Shown: positions 36,935 to 50,149 of the stretch, one piece after another | Position numbering within the stretch: position 1 is the stretch's first letter | Layout of the letters: each line of letters begins with the position of its first letter | Assembly (NCBI RefSeq): GCF_001194135.2 | Contig: NC_068988.1 | Location: 54,772,533 to 54,836,532 of the forward strand | Source: Octopus bimaculoides | Taxonomy: Eukaryota | Length of the DNA: 64,000 nucleotides | Reading direction: 5' to 3' | Notes under the pieces: model-generated | Database searches by the model: none | What the model was told of the DNA's origin: nothing | The model's input: the letters and a program-made list of their open reading frames with translations, nothing else | Made by a program: the position numbers and the translations under genes

Positions 36935-37731
36935 AATTTTTAAAATTCCATTCTGGAGATTTTCTGCTTAAAATTGCAGAGAGGTTAAATGTATCACACG
37001 AACTCATTAAGAAGCTCAATATTTGGGTTCTACATAAACTGAAAGAGATTCACTTCAAACAATAAATCATTATTTGTGATATGTATCTCAAATGCAATGA
37101 AATCGACCTTTTTTTTTAAACACATCATCACTGGTGATAAAAAATGGATTGTCTACAATAACATCAATCGAAAACACTCATGGTCCAAGCGTAATGAACC
37201 AGTACAAACTACATCGAAAGCTGAGTTGCATCAAAAAAGCTCATGCTGTCAATTTGGTGGGATTACAAAGGTGTTGTGTATTTTGAGCTGCTTCTAAGGA
37301 ACGAAACAATCAATTCAGATATTTACTGTATGAAACTAGGGGAAGCAATCAAAGGAAAATGGCTAGAATTGGCAAATCATACTGGAATCGTATTCTACCA
37401 TGACAATCCTAGACCACACACATCTTTGCTAACTTGTGAAAAATTATTGGAACTTGCACCATCAGATTACCATTTATTTAGAAGTTTGCAAAATTCTTTG
37501 AATGATAAAACTTTCAATAATGATGATGACTGGAACTCGCACTTGCTTCAGTTTTTGGCTGATGAAGACCAGAAGTTCTATGAGCACTGAATCATGAAGT
37601 TGCCAGAAAGATGGCAAAAGTCATTGAACAAAATGGAAAATATATAATTGATTAAAGTTCATTCTTTCTATGAAAAAAAAAATGACTTATTTCCCACTAA
37701 AAAATCGAAATTACTTTCTTGCCAACTCAAT
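36935..37731 (+). mobile_element. Decayed, internally deleted mariner (DD34D-type) transposon with right TIR
   Basis: Translates to KFHSGDF, IAERLNVSH, WVLHKL, IITGDKKWIVYNN, LSIWWDYKGVVYFELL, HDNPRPH and LAPSDYHLFRSLQNSL with frameshifts. TIR-like AAAAATCGAAATTACTTTCTTGCCAACTCAAT at about 37700-37731. Confidence 0.9.
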
Positions 37732-38062
37732 GTGTGTGTGTAATATGTATGTGTGTGTGTGTTCAAGCATATTGCAGCTACAACTTGAGCTAAGCCTTTT
37801 GGGTGAAATTGAGTAGATGGAAACTATAAGGAAGCCTCTCTTTGTTGAACTTGTATTTTGAAAGAGTTCCTCTGTCACACAATGTGCTACACTGATCACG
37901 CCTGATAATTATTCAAAAGTGTATGTGTGTGCGTATGCGAGTATGTAGAAACTCCGCTACTTAATATGAATATGAGTAGATAGTTCCGATTTGTGAACAA
38001 AGATGAATAGTCATCATTGAAACCTTTGGGGGAATCCATTTAGCACTTAATTTTGTATGAGT

Positions 38063-38097
<35 letters not shown>

Positions 38098-39388
38098 ACT
38101 ACTGTCTTTGTTTGAGGTCAGTTTTGTGTAGGTTTCATTTAGGTACTTTGTATCTTTTGGTTATTTTCCTAAGTATCTTATAGCTTTTACTTGTTTCAGT
38201 CATTTGACTGCAACCATGCTGGGGCACTGCCTTGAAGAGTTTTTCATTGAACAAATTGACCCCAGGACTTATTCTTTTATAAGCCTGGTANNNNNNNNNN
38301 NNNNNNNNNNNNNNNNNNNNNNNNNNNNNNNNNNNNNNNNNNNNNNNNNNNNNNNNNNNNNNNNNNNNNNNNNNNNNNNNNNNNNNNNNNNNNNNNNNNN
38401 NNNNNNNNNNNNNNNNNNNNNNNNNNNNNNNNNNNNNNNNNNNNNNNNNNNNNNNNNNNNNNNNNNNNNNNNNATATATATATATATATATACATACATA
38501 CACAGACACACACACACTCTGGGCTTCTTTCAGTGTCTGTCTACCAAATCCACTCAAGGCTTTGGTTGACCCAGGCTATAGTAGATGACACTTGCCCAAG
38601 TTGTCACACTGTGTGACTGAACCCAGAACCATGTGATTGGGAAGCAAGCTTCTTACCACACAGCCATACCTTTTCAAGTTATTATCTGCCACTGCAACCT
38701 ATCTACTGAAGTTTCCTGGCCTTGTGTTTAGGGTGTTGCACTCATGATCGTAAGCACATGGTTTTGATTCCGGGACTAGGTGATGTAATGTGTTGCTCCA
38801 GTCCACTCAGCTGTAAATAAAATGGGTTCCAACAACAGCTGGGAAATTATCTCCGTGGTGGACCAACATCCCTTTCGAGTTGGGTGCTGTAATCTCTGTC
38901 ACTTATACAACCTTAGAAACCGGGTTAAAACTCCAATGTTACGAATCCTAGGGCACGTGATGGGCCTAACAACCTATTTGCTACACTGTACATAGACACT
39001 TTAACAAACCTGGTCTATGTATAGAAGCAGGAAAGTGAAATACACTTCAGAAATTTCGCTTTATATATTGACCACTTTCCCATTTCTCTCTTTCATTTTT
39101 AATAAGAAAAGCTCCATTGTTGTTCGTAGAGGAAAACCCAGTGAGAAGAGGTTTATGCTTGTTCATCTGACAAATATAGGAATTGCTGTTTATGAAGAGT
39201 ACTACTCCCACACTGGCTGCAGAAAGTGGTGGTGGTGTGGAGATGTTTAATTGCTGTTATTTACCTTGCTGCCTCAAGTGACATTTCAAAACACAAATGA
39301 TGGAGAAATTTTCCAGCGATCTCATATTTTCACTTAATCAGTTACAGACTTATATACATACATGCATGTATATGTATAAATGTATGCA

Positions 39389-39422
<34 letters not shown>

Positions 39423-39591
39423 CACACACACATACACATACACATACATATATACATACACACAAACACACACATACAAATGAGTGGACAAATGAAAGAA
39501 AAGGGCACTGAACACATTTAGTGGGAGTTACATGTATTACTTAAAACAGTTTGATTTGGTTCCATGGAAATAATATATATAAATGCATATA

Positions 39592-39652
<61 letters not shown>

Positions 39653-42600
39653 GTACGCAGGCATATTCATGTGCATAGATTTATGTTATGGGTATTTGCT
39701 TGTGTGTGTGAGAGTGAGTTAGTCTTCTTATTTCTGTGTAGCGAAAAATAATGATTCTGTGGTGTTTATATGCTTCTCTATTGTACTCATTATACTGCAC
39801 CCAGTTTGTGTATTCAGTTCAAGTATAATACTACACCTGCTTGAGTGGTTTATGTTGCATCACTTCTTATGTAAAACTGTTGACTTGGCTCAGTGTTCTC
39901 ACTACTGTATGTGTTTATCACCAATGAAACTGCCGTAGTTCTAGGTTGTGGGTTCACATACACACAACTTGCCAACAGCACCTTAAAAAATTTTGAATGT
40001 TTTCACTGTAGTACACGTTCCAACTAGGAAGTCTCCAGCACTTACTACCTCAAATACATTCATTAGTGTCACTATAAAAACTTGTATCCCTAAAAGGGGT
40101 TTACACACACACCAGTTATCCACATTATACACTTCTAAACTCTGAGCAATCATTCTGTAAATACATCCGACAACTTATTTTACATGCATTTCTACAGCTT
40201 TCCTTGCCTATGGGTTTTAGGTCAGCGAACATTCCAAGGTATATTTTTGGTGAGAGGTGAATAGATACCACACAAAGCTCTAATTCATTTTGGTCCAGTA
40301 ATAGATTACAGAGAATTCTCTGCATTACAGTGTATTATTGGCAATATTTTTGGCCATGTCCTAAATGTAAACCATATAAGGGTAGCATAGTTTTTGTTCA
40401 ATGGAGCTCTTAAAATATTTAATGATGAAAATACTTCAAGATGAGACAACAGTTGTCTGTTTCTCTCTTTTCTCCTCGTCCCTATTACAAATACATTATT
40501 TGTAGTTTAAAATGTTCTTCACTCTTATATACTCAGTTGACCCATGCAGTGGGGAATTGATGACAAGCAAAAAACAGATAACTATTGAAGATGGGTTCCT
40601 ACTAATAGTTTCCTATTGCAACCCAAATATTTTTACACACACATCCCAGAGACTTTTGGTAACACATCCAGATTCTTTCTAGCCAGTTCAAACTAATAAT
40701 TCTAATTCTAAATATCTATTAATATCTGAAACAATTGAGAAGAACAAAGCAACATATTAATTGTGGGTTGAAGCTTTGCATGATCGATGCAAGATTAGCA
40801 TTAATAAACTGTGTTTAATTCACTTAGCTTTACTTAGCAAAAAAAAAAAAAAGAAAGAAAGAAAGGTAATGAAATCATAAGTTTTTTTTATCAGACATTG
40901 AACTTTGTGCAGGAGTACACTAGATGGGTTGCAGCACCTAATTCAATATTGTATATATGATATGATATTCTGCATCCAAGATATCCAACTAGAGTGTCTT
41001 GATACCAATAATATTGCCAGGTGCTAGAGGGATGGACCATACTGCCTTAATATTTGTTGGCATTCTTCCAGTCTGTGATAAAACTCTGAAGTAATTTGAA
41101 TTCTTAACACAAACAGTCTATTCTTATCAAAATTAATTTAGCTAGGTGAAAGGATGAACTGTTTACGCTTCCTATGATGATGATAACAACAACAACAACA
41201 ACAACAACAACAATAATAATAATAATAATAATAATAAGGCCAATAATAACAATGTTAGGATTAGCTAGATGCTTTACATAGGTACAAGCGAAGTATTATG
41301 TATTCATAGGTAACTAAACTAGCTTTGTCTCTAACTTAAAAAATCAATATAGTAGTAATTAATATTAATGCCAATAATACATGCTTTGAATAATCTAGAG
41401 TTGATACCACACATCTGCAATGCAATCTTAATAATTAATATCTATTTAAAACTCATATACCCCCCCCTCTGTCTCATGACTGATTTCTATTTCACTCGTA
41501 TGTCTATAGTTAATTCATTCCCGTGTTTAATTTTATAACCAATCCCTCCTTCCCACTTGCAGTGCCCACACATATACAAAAAAAAAAAAAAAAAAGAAAA
41601 CTCAATAGGTAAATACTTTAAATTTTTTTGCATTTTCTTCATTGATTTACCTCTCTGGTAAACCTGTGTAGTCAATGCCCAGATATGTGAACACTTGTAA
41701 ATAATTACAGAAACTAAATGCACCTGATGTGAATTTATCTTGTTTATTATCACAACATCATTATCATCATCCTCATAATGTTCAATTTCATCTTGAATGT
41801 TTCAAACTAACATTTAACTTCAACAAATTATCGTATTCCTGTTTGACAATTTGTGGTTTTCTGTTTTTATCATGTATCATTCTATCACGGTGTGATGTCT
41901 TTTCAGATCCTCACAAGGATTATTCCAGTTTATTGGGAATAGGGGTTACACCAGGTCATTGTTTGTCAAATGAAAATCTGTGAAAATGTTTTGATATCTT
42001 CACAAGAAATAGCCCTTCTTCTATACTACAAATGTTCTTAAATGGGGCTGTACAATATACTCTATGTATATGTGAACAGCCATGATAAGCATATATGTAT
42101 ATATACAGAGAGAGATAGACAGACAGGCCATATTACAAACAAAAACTGTGTCAATTGAAAAATGTGTTTTTTAAAGCTACATATAGTTTCATATGTGCTT
42201 TAGATTGTGAATGTAAACTTGTATGTTCTGTGCCATTGACTGCAGACATAAATAAAATATTAGATATTAAAGAATAAAATTGAAAAGACAGATAACATGG
42301 GTGCGCACATGTGCACTTGTGTGTGTGTGTGAAAATGTAGGTGATAAGTTTGATTGAAATTTTAGCCTACACTGTGTGAAAATACCAAAGTAATATCTAA
42401 ATAGAACTAGTCATCTTACTTCTGCATTAAGTGAACAATTAAGACATTGAGTTTAACAAACTGATTTCATGTTGCTTAGCAGATAACAGTTTTGTTTAGG
42501 TGGAGGAAAAAAAGCTCCATTGTTTGTGATGTGGCAGATTTATATTTTATGTTTTTTATTATGAATCTGATGCCTGTTATATTTTGTTTTCTTAGAACAT

Positions 42601-42827
42601 CTGAAAGAGAGACAGAAAAACATATTTAGTGGTTGTTGATGAGAGGGGGACGTGTAAAATTTCATGACTTAATCTAACGTTTATCTAGCCTTGTGGTGTT
42701 TCTGTTGAGACGGGGTTCTCATATTAAACTGCATGCCTTGTACTAATGCTTCATTTCATCTCTCTCTCTCTCTGTAACTTCCTGTCTATCTCTTGTGTCT
42801 TGCCTGCATCCTTAGTTTTGACTCCAG

Positions 42828-43061
42828 GTCTGCACTCGGGCTATGCTACCACGATGATCACCCCCAGTGGCACAGTTCTGCTCCAATCTGCCATCACCCC
42901 ATCTTCTTCCGCTCATTTCACAACTGCCACCACATTAGAAGACAGATCACAACAGCCACCGCCACCGGCACCAACACAAGGCAAATACTATCGACAGTCA
43001 GCCCGTTACTCTGACCCTCTCTATGCTTCCATTCCAGAGGTTGCGGAGCCTCACTTGCCAG
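42828..43061 (+). CDS. TNS: 234-nt symmetric (phase 1-1) exon, GLHSGYATTMITPSG...YSDPLYASIPEVAEPHLP
   Basis: TACTAAT branch-like site at 42741, CT-rich tract, acceptor CTCCAG|GT (in-frame alternative CTTAG| at 42815/42816); donor CAG|GTAGAC. Confidence 0.75.
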
Positions 43062-46000
43062 GTAGACTGATATATGCTTTCTATTGCTGTAATTCTTGTC
43101 ATTCACAGAGTAACAGACAAGGTTCTTTCTTAATATTCCAATTCGCCATCAGAACCAATTCTGGTTTGCTTTACCCTATCTGTCAAGAAAGCTTCTGATT
43201 ATTATAACTCTCTGAAACAGCTGCAGATGAAGACTTGCTTTGAAGGCCATCACTTTCCAGTAATATATAAACATTGTAAAGATTCTATTTTTACATAAAG
43301 CTTACCAAAAGTTTATTAAACCTGAAGCAAGATGCTGTTATGCTGCTAAACCAAATGGGTTTCTTTTCTTTTTGTTTTATTTTAAAATTTTTTATTTACA
43401 TTTTGGAACTTCTTGTTGCAAGCTGATGTTTGGGTTAAACTTTCAAAAAATACAGTTTAGTCATGTTTATGGCTACTCACCAGCGTAAACTAATTTATCG
43501 TGTTTAGTTTTGGTTCCTGATAACTTTCTTTAAATTGGTCAATTATATTCTGCATGAGTATTCTCTGAGTGAAATCTTACTAAACTGCAGTATTTTCTGG
43601 ACTGGCACCTTGGTTTTCTGCATGTTGTTTCTTTAACAAGAGTTGTTTTCTTTAACATTATTAATGATTTATTGCAATTTATTATAACGACAGCCAGAAA
43701 AAATGTCACCCATTGTAGTAACTACTTAGGGCCTGAACTCCTCACTACAATCTAAACAGTTGTTGCTACCCACTGTGGCAACTTTTAAACTGAGAAGACC
43801 ACTAGCAAAATAATTACCATGATAATGTAATGAACTGAGATAACAATATCAAGAACATCTACCATCCTGAAATAATCATTGGGCAATATTCATAGTTCAC
43901 CCTTTATTATTATTTGGGTAAAATCTTTTTAAGTGTTAGTTCCTTCCAGAGTCTGTGACTGGCTGGCAGAATTGTTAGTGTATTGGACAAAATGCTTAGT
44001 TGCATTTCTTCTGACTCTGAGTTCAAATCTTGCTGAGATCAGCATTGCCTTTTGTCCTTTAGGGTCAATAAAATAAAATATCAGTCAAGTTCTCAGTTTG
44101 ATGTAATCAACTTGCCCCCTCCCCTCAAAATCACTGACTTTGTACCAAAATTATAAAGAATATTTATATTATAGAGCCCTTTTCTAAAGTAAGTAGGGCC
44201 TTATAATGGTCAAATTTAGGTTTTAAATCAACAAATCTATAAAAAGACCCTCTCTTTTAACATCACAAAATAAAATCTAACCTTTCTATAGATTCAATAT
44301 GGTCTTATTATTAAAAAGGTTTTGAAGCAATAGGTTCAGGTGTATTCAGGTTATACATCTGGGAATGGAGCCAGACAATGTGTGGGTCTTTACCTAATCA
44401 GTTTGTTAACAATGGATAAGAACATTCCTGATTTGATCTTACTTTACTATGAAACACTGGAGTTTTAGAAGGTTCACTTAAGTTGAAACTTAGCCTTTTC
44501 TCTGTGATATCATGCTCCTCAAATAACAAGGGGAAGATGACAAACAGAAGGCAAGTCTGAATGTCTGCAATTATTTCACAATGATGGTTGTTATGAAATG
44601 GTACTTAGTTTACAGCTGCCTAATTCACCGCTATGATGTTGCCGTAGATCAAAGATATTTTGATATCTATTTTATAAAAATACAGAATACATTTTAATAA
44701 AGTTACTTTTTTTGAAAAATAAATGGGGTGCATGAACCAACTGTTTTAATGATTTTCACAGTGCAGGCTCAGCTTGTCTCTTTGAATTTATTTTTGTGTT
44801 TAACTTTGAAGTGATTTTGTTAGACTCAAATTCTGATGAAATAATTTTCGTTATTTCACAGTATTTTGCTTAATTTTAAGGTCTTCGATAATTGGACTAT
44901 ATATGTATATGGCTGAGTTGCATCATGAAATCGTACTTTTACACATACAAAATAACAAAGGGGCCAATATATGATTGCTCATCTTATTTGAAAGGGAGGC
45001 CAAATCTCCCTTAGATTATTCACCATCTTAAAAATAATGGGAGACATATTAGATAATGTAGTCATTGATACATTCTGAGAGAATAAAAAAAAAAATGTGG
45101 ATTGGTTATGGTTAGAACATTTCTGTTTTCATCTTTTAAGGGTTTTTTTTTTTTTGCCACAGGTCTGCTTAGTTAAGGCAGATCTGGGGCTAAACAACAC
45201 CAAAATAACAAATAAGATTAAAAGTTGAAGCCCAAAGGATGGTTTTTGTGAAATAACCTAACAGATGAGGTGCTGGGTATTTAGATCATAGGTTTATGAG
45301 TTCATATATGCTGTAGGTCTTTTAATTTTTCTCCTTGGGTAGAGTGTTTGATTAAACGTACGTTGGTTAATTTAACTTGTGAGGGAAAACATATTGAGAT
45401 GGTATTGCAATAGACTGTTAGCCTATTCATGGAGGTCTTTATCTCCTATCTGTAAATGCTACAGAACTTGGTTTTAAGGTCTGACTTTGATATTCTCACT
45501 ACTTCATGGCTGATAGAGTTATCATTTATACTGCTCTAATATTTCACTAAATATTATTTTTCATACTGAGTTATACTGTTTTTGCAGTATAATAGAATAT
45601 TCAGTATATTGTATAATAAACAACATAGCATTACAGTACATTAATAAGTGCTTTACTGTAGTGTAACAATGGCTAGAATTAGGTCATATTATTCTGAAGG
45701 TTATTTTTCAAGTGGTTAAATTTAGATATCTTTTGTGGAAGTGATGTTGATATGACCAAAATGCCTTCTCTCCCACTCAGTGTTAAGCAATTAATTATAC
45801 ATATTAAGTGTCCATGGCTAAAACAAACAAAGTATGGCCAATATTGAGCCAGTCGCCACCTATTGACATTAACTTATACCAAGGAGTTTCCAAAATCCAC
45901 CACTCTTCTGATATCATTTGATATTCTCGTAATTTCTTATGTCTGGCAACTTGGCCCGGCAACAAAGCTCAAAGTTTTAAAACCTTGTCTGGTATTTACT

Positions 46001-46117
46001 TCAACTCTCTTGAGAAATATCTAAATACATCTTAGTCTATATATATATATATATATATATNNNNNNNNNNNNNNNNNNNNNNNNNNNNNNNNNNNNNNNN
46101 NNNNNNNCATACATACA

Positions 46118-46148
<31 letters not shown>

Positions 46149-46499
46149 GTACGTGTGTGTTTTTTTGTAATTTTAATATTTTCTAACAACTGAAAGATAT
46201 TAAATTTTTCTTAGTATTTTTGACTTTGTTTTTATGGCTTTGTATTTTTTTCCCATTATTTTGTTTGCCTTAAATAAACTACATTATTTAGTAAACAACA
46301 ATGTTCTATTTTAATGAAATTATTTGCTAAAAGTTTTCTTAGAATTTAAACTAATTTGTTTATTAACAACAATAATGGCTTTTGAAAATGTCTTAGAATC
46401 CATTATTTTTTTTTTTTCTAATAAAGGTTTCAAATGCATGCCGTTTTAAGATATTTGCTTTAAATTTTCTCTTGTGACATGCTGTTGTTGTTTCTGCAG

Positions 46500-46980
46500 C
46501 GGGCAGTCAACTGTCCAGTCCAACTGGTACATTGACCGGCGGTCAAAGTAATCAGTATAACACCTTCGTACAGCAGCAAAATTATCAAACATCCAGCAGT
46601 CATCAGCAGCAGTCAACCTTGTCACAGCCCAGCCAGATGGCTCCCCAGCCTGATCAACTCCACTTGCTTCAGCAGCAACAAAAACAACAACAGCTGCAAC
46701 AACAACAACAGCTGCAACAACAACAACAGCAGCAGCAGTTACAGTATCAACAACAGCTGCAGCAGCAACAACAGCAACAGCTGCAGCAGCAACAACAACA
46801 ACAGTTGCAGCAGCAGCAACAGTATCAACAACATATGCAACAACAGCAGCAGCATTATCAACAATACTCATCTACAATTGACGGTAGTGCGACTCTACCC
46901 CCAGGAAGTTCCCTCCATGTTGACACAAGCTCCAGATCTATGTCTGCCACTTTACCGCGCAGTCCTTCATCTGCTGGAAG
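46500..46980 (+). CDS. TNS: Poly-glutamine exon (AGSQLSSPTGTLTGGQ...polyQ...SRSMSATLPRSPSSAGR)
   Basis: Acceptor TTTCTGCAG|CG (phase 1); donor AAG|GTAAGC (phase 2); mixed CAA/CAG codons; 481 nt. Confidence 0.85.
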
Positions 46981-47142
46981 GTAAGCAACTTCTTGTTCTT
47001 GGATATTCTGTGTTCTTTGTCCATTCTGTTGTTCTTTATAGCTTCTGATCAAACACGTGCCTAAGTGAAGCACAAGTTTCAAAATCAAAATTTTAAATCC
47101 AAAGTTTGAAGAAACTCTGGTTTATAAAAATCATTTAGACAC

Positions 47143-47535
47143 ATGGTGCAGGCGTGATTGTGTGGCTAAGAAGTTCATTTTGTTTGCAGTCATGTGATTT
47201 CAGGTTCAGCACCACTGCACAGCACCTTAGGCAAGTGTCTTCAAATACCTCCTGGCCAACCAATGCTATCTGAGTGAATTTGATGGGTGGAAACTTTATG
47301 GAAGCCTGTTGTGTGCGTGGGTGTTTTTATCTCTGTTTGTTCCCCTCCCACTACTTGACAACTGGTGTTAGTTTGTTTGCACCCTGTAACTTAGCAGTTT
47401 CAACAGTTGAGTCTGATAGAATAAGTATCAGATTTAAAAAAAATAAGCTCTGGGGTCAATTTGTTCAACAAAAACCCCTTCAAGGTGGTGCCCAAAGCAT
47501 GGCTGCAGTCCAATGATTGAAACGGAGAGAAGATT
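47143..47535 (+). mobile_element. tRNA-derived SINE family A, near full length
   Basis: GGTGCAGGCGTG..GTGG head through GCTGCAGTCCAATGATTGAAAC tail. Confidence 0.7.
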
Positions 47536-48159
47536 TAAAAAAAGGCTTGCAAATATGAAGTATGCTATAGGGAGATGTGAGTTCAGTAGTTGACTACAAA
47601 AGCACTGGAGATATTTTTACACCTTAAGTATACATGTGCAAAAGTACCCTCAGTTTGATCTATGTTTAATTAAGGGAAAATTTCAGTTACTTCAGTGACT
47701 AATTTCATGTAGATATACATAAGTGTTAACAGTTAAACTGGTGGTTCAAGCTTAGTAGAGAGATTCATAATCACTGTACAGTAACAAGTATTAATACTTA
47801 ACAATGCTGTACTTACTCCATGATCATTGTATGAATACACAACAAAGACCAATATATTGATTTGTAACAAAGGTAAGCCTACTTCATGAACTCCATACAG
47901 AGCAAGAAGAATGATATGGTAGTAGTTATACAGGATTCCATACAATACTTTTGTTGAGCCTGTACAGAATTCTCTTGAGATGGTTGTTGTTAAGTGTATG
48001 TAAACATTCAGACATCTGGCATTGATTCAGTTGCAGAAGATTACTCAGTATAGCACCTAACAAAATGCCGTGTGATATTTGCTAATGTCTTTTGTATTCT
48101 GAGTTCAAATATCACCCGGGTTAACTTGACTTTTTTTTTTCTCTTCTGGAAATAAGAAT

Positions 48160-48570
48160 AGGGTTGTCTCTATGGTACAGAAGCTTCCTTCCCAACCATG
48201 TGGTCTTGGGTTCAGTCCCACTGAATAGCATTTTGGGCATTTTACTATATCTCCAGGCTGACCAAAGTCTTGTGAGTGGATTTGGTAGAGGGAGACTGAA
48301 AGAAGCCAGTTGTATGTATGTGTGTGTATATGTGCACCCCTTGTTTAGACATCATTTGATGGTTGTAAATGAGCATCACAGTCATATAAGCAAAGTTGTT
48401 CTTTTCCAGTCTTCATTGGAAAACATATCTGGCTTTGGTGAACATTACCTTTTTAGGAAATGTGAGGGTTGGTGTCAGGAAGGGCATCCAGTTGTAGACC
48501 ATCTGTCTCAACAAATTCCACCTAACCAATGCAAGCATGGAAAAGTGGATGATAAATGATGGTGATGATG
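48160..48570 (+). mobile_element. SINE family A with RTE-like tail
   Basis: Same layout as 5535-5965, ending in (GAT)n. Confidence 0.7.
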
Positions 48571-50149
48571 ATGCTTTCTTAAAGTGTCTGTCAAATCCTG
48601 GGATGAGGAGTCAATCTAATTGGCTATACTCCTCCTTCCACAATGTATGGCCTTGTGCCAGTATGGGAAACCATGGTCTGTGAGGTAAACCGTAGCAGCA
48701 CAAAGTTTAAGTTTGAAGAAGAAGAAATGAAAACTGAGGGTATTTTGTTATATGATAAGATTGACTTGATGAAATGTCATTAGAATGGTGTTGTTGTGTT
48801 TTGGTGTGTTGTTGTTATGAAGCTTCAGGTCAGCCTTGATTGAGTAGGCCTGTGGTCAAAAGCATTCCTGTTATGATCATTCTGTCTTTTTGTATATCTA
48901 GGACTATATTACGTTATCCAATGGGTCCTTTTTTTTAAAAAAAGTAGGATGTGATTTGAGGGAATTTGGCTACTATTTCTAGGAGGACAAGTGATTGTGT
49001 AGAGGTTCCTTTACCAATCAATTAGATTATCATTATCTATCAATTAGATTATCATTATGATTTGATACATTACTGATCACAAAGCCTTTTTCTTCTTCCC
49101 TTGACTGAGCCCTTCTCTTCTATTTGAGTTAGAATTCTTTCACTATATCATCTTTCCCATCATAGAGGTCTCTTCTGATCTCTTCAATACCACTTGACAA
49201 CTGCAGATCCACTGGTTGTCTGTGAATCTTGGATACCAGTCTGTTGGTAGATCATTAAATTGTTTTTATGTTGTTAACATGTCCAAACGTTTGTGAAGAG
49301 GCTGAATATGCTACTGCAGCAAGTGAATGGTTGTTACATATCCATGATCCCAGAGGCATTTGGTTATGTGTAAGATGGTCAATGAATTGTGTTGTATTGA
49401 ATAGACATAAACACCTGAGTTAATGCACTCAAGTGATAAATAGATAATTATTGTTGATGTTGTTGTTTTAATCCAGTAGGTCAGCTCTAAAAGAGGTGTC
49501 CTATGGTCAAAAGTAGTGTTAATAGTACCACAGGACTGGTTATAAATCCATATTATTGGTTGAGAATAATGGACAAGGATGATAATGATGAGATCATTGC
49601 TCTGATAAATTTTAATTGGGGAACGGAAATATTTACATTCCACCCAAACCATTTCTCTGGATTCTCTCTCGCACACGTACACTACATTTCTCTTTGATCT
49701 TCTGTTCTTTACCCTAAAGGGGTGAGTAGTGAGTGATGACTGTCACTAGAATAAATACTGGCCTAGTTTACTACTGTTACAGGTTCCTCTCAGTTTGGAA
49801 GGTTTATTTAGGTGGCAATTCAAGACCCTCCTCTACCCCTTGTGCACTTACTCAGTAACTTACACCACTAACAACACACAGCACCACCCAAAAATTGTAA
49901 CTAGAGTTGAGTCAGTTACCAGGCTGTTATGATTACCTTAAGGGGAAAAAAAGTACACAGATAAACGTACATATTTTATACCTTGTATTTCAGTACATAA
50001 TATACCTAATAATTTGCCCACACACACTAAGGACGGTGTTCTGACACGGCCCTGTTCTATGCTAGTATCTGACTGAAATAAATATTGGGATCGATGTGAC
50101 TGACTAAAACCCTTGAAGGTGATGCCTTTCATTCAATGAAACCAATTAA

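Noticed and set aside
46446-46871. Minus-strand poly-Val/Ala ORF
   Set aside because: Antisense shadow of the polyQ exon.
49130-49400. Possible RTE remnant on the minus strand (FGHV..., RRDL...)
   Set aside because: Similarity too fragmentary to call without a search.
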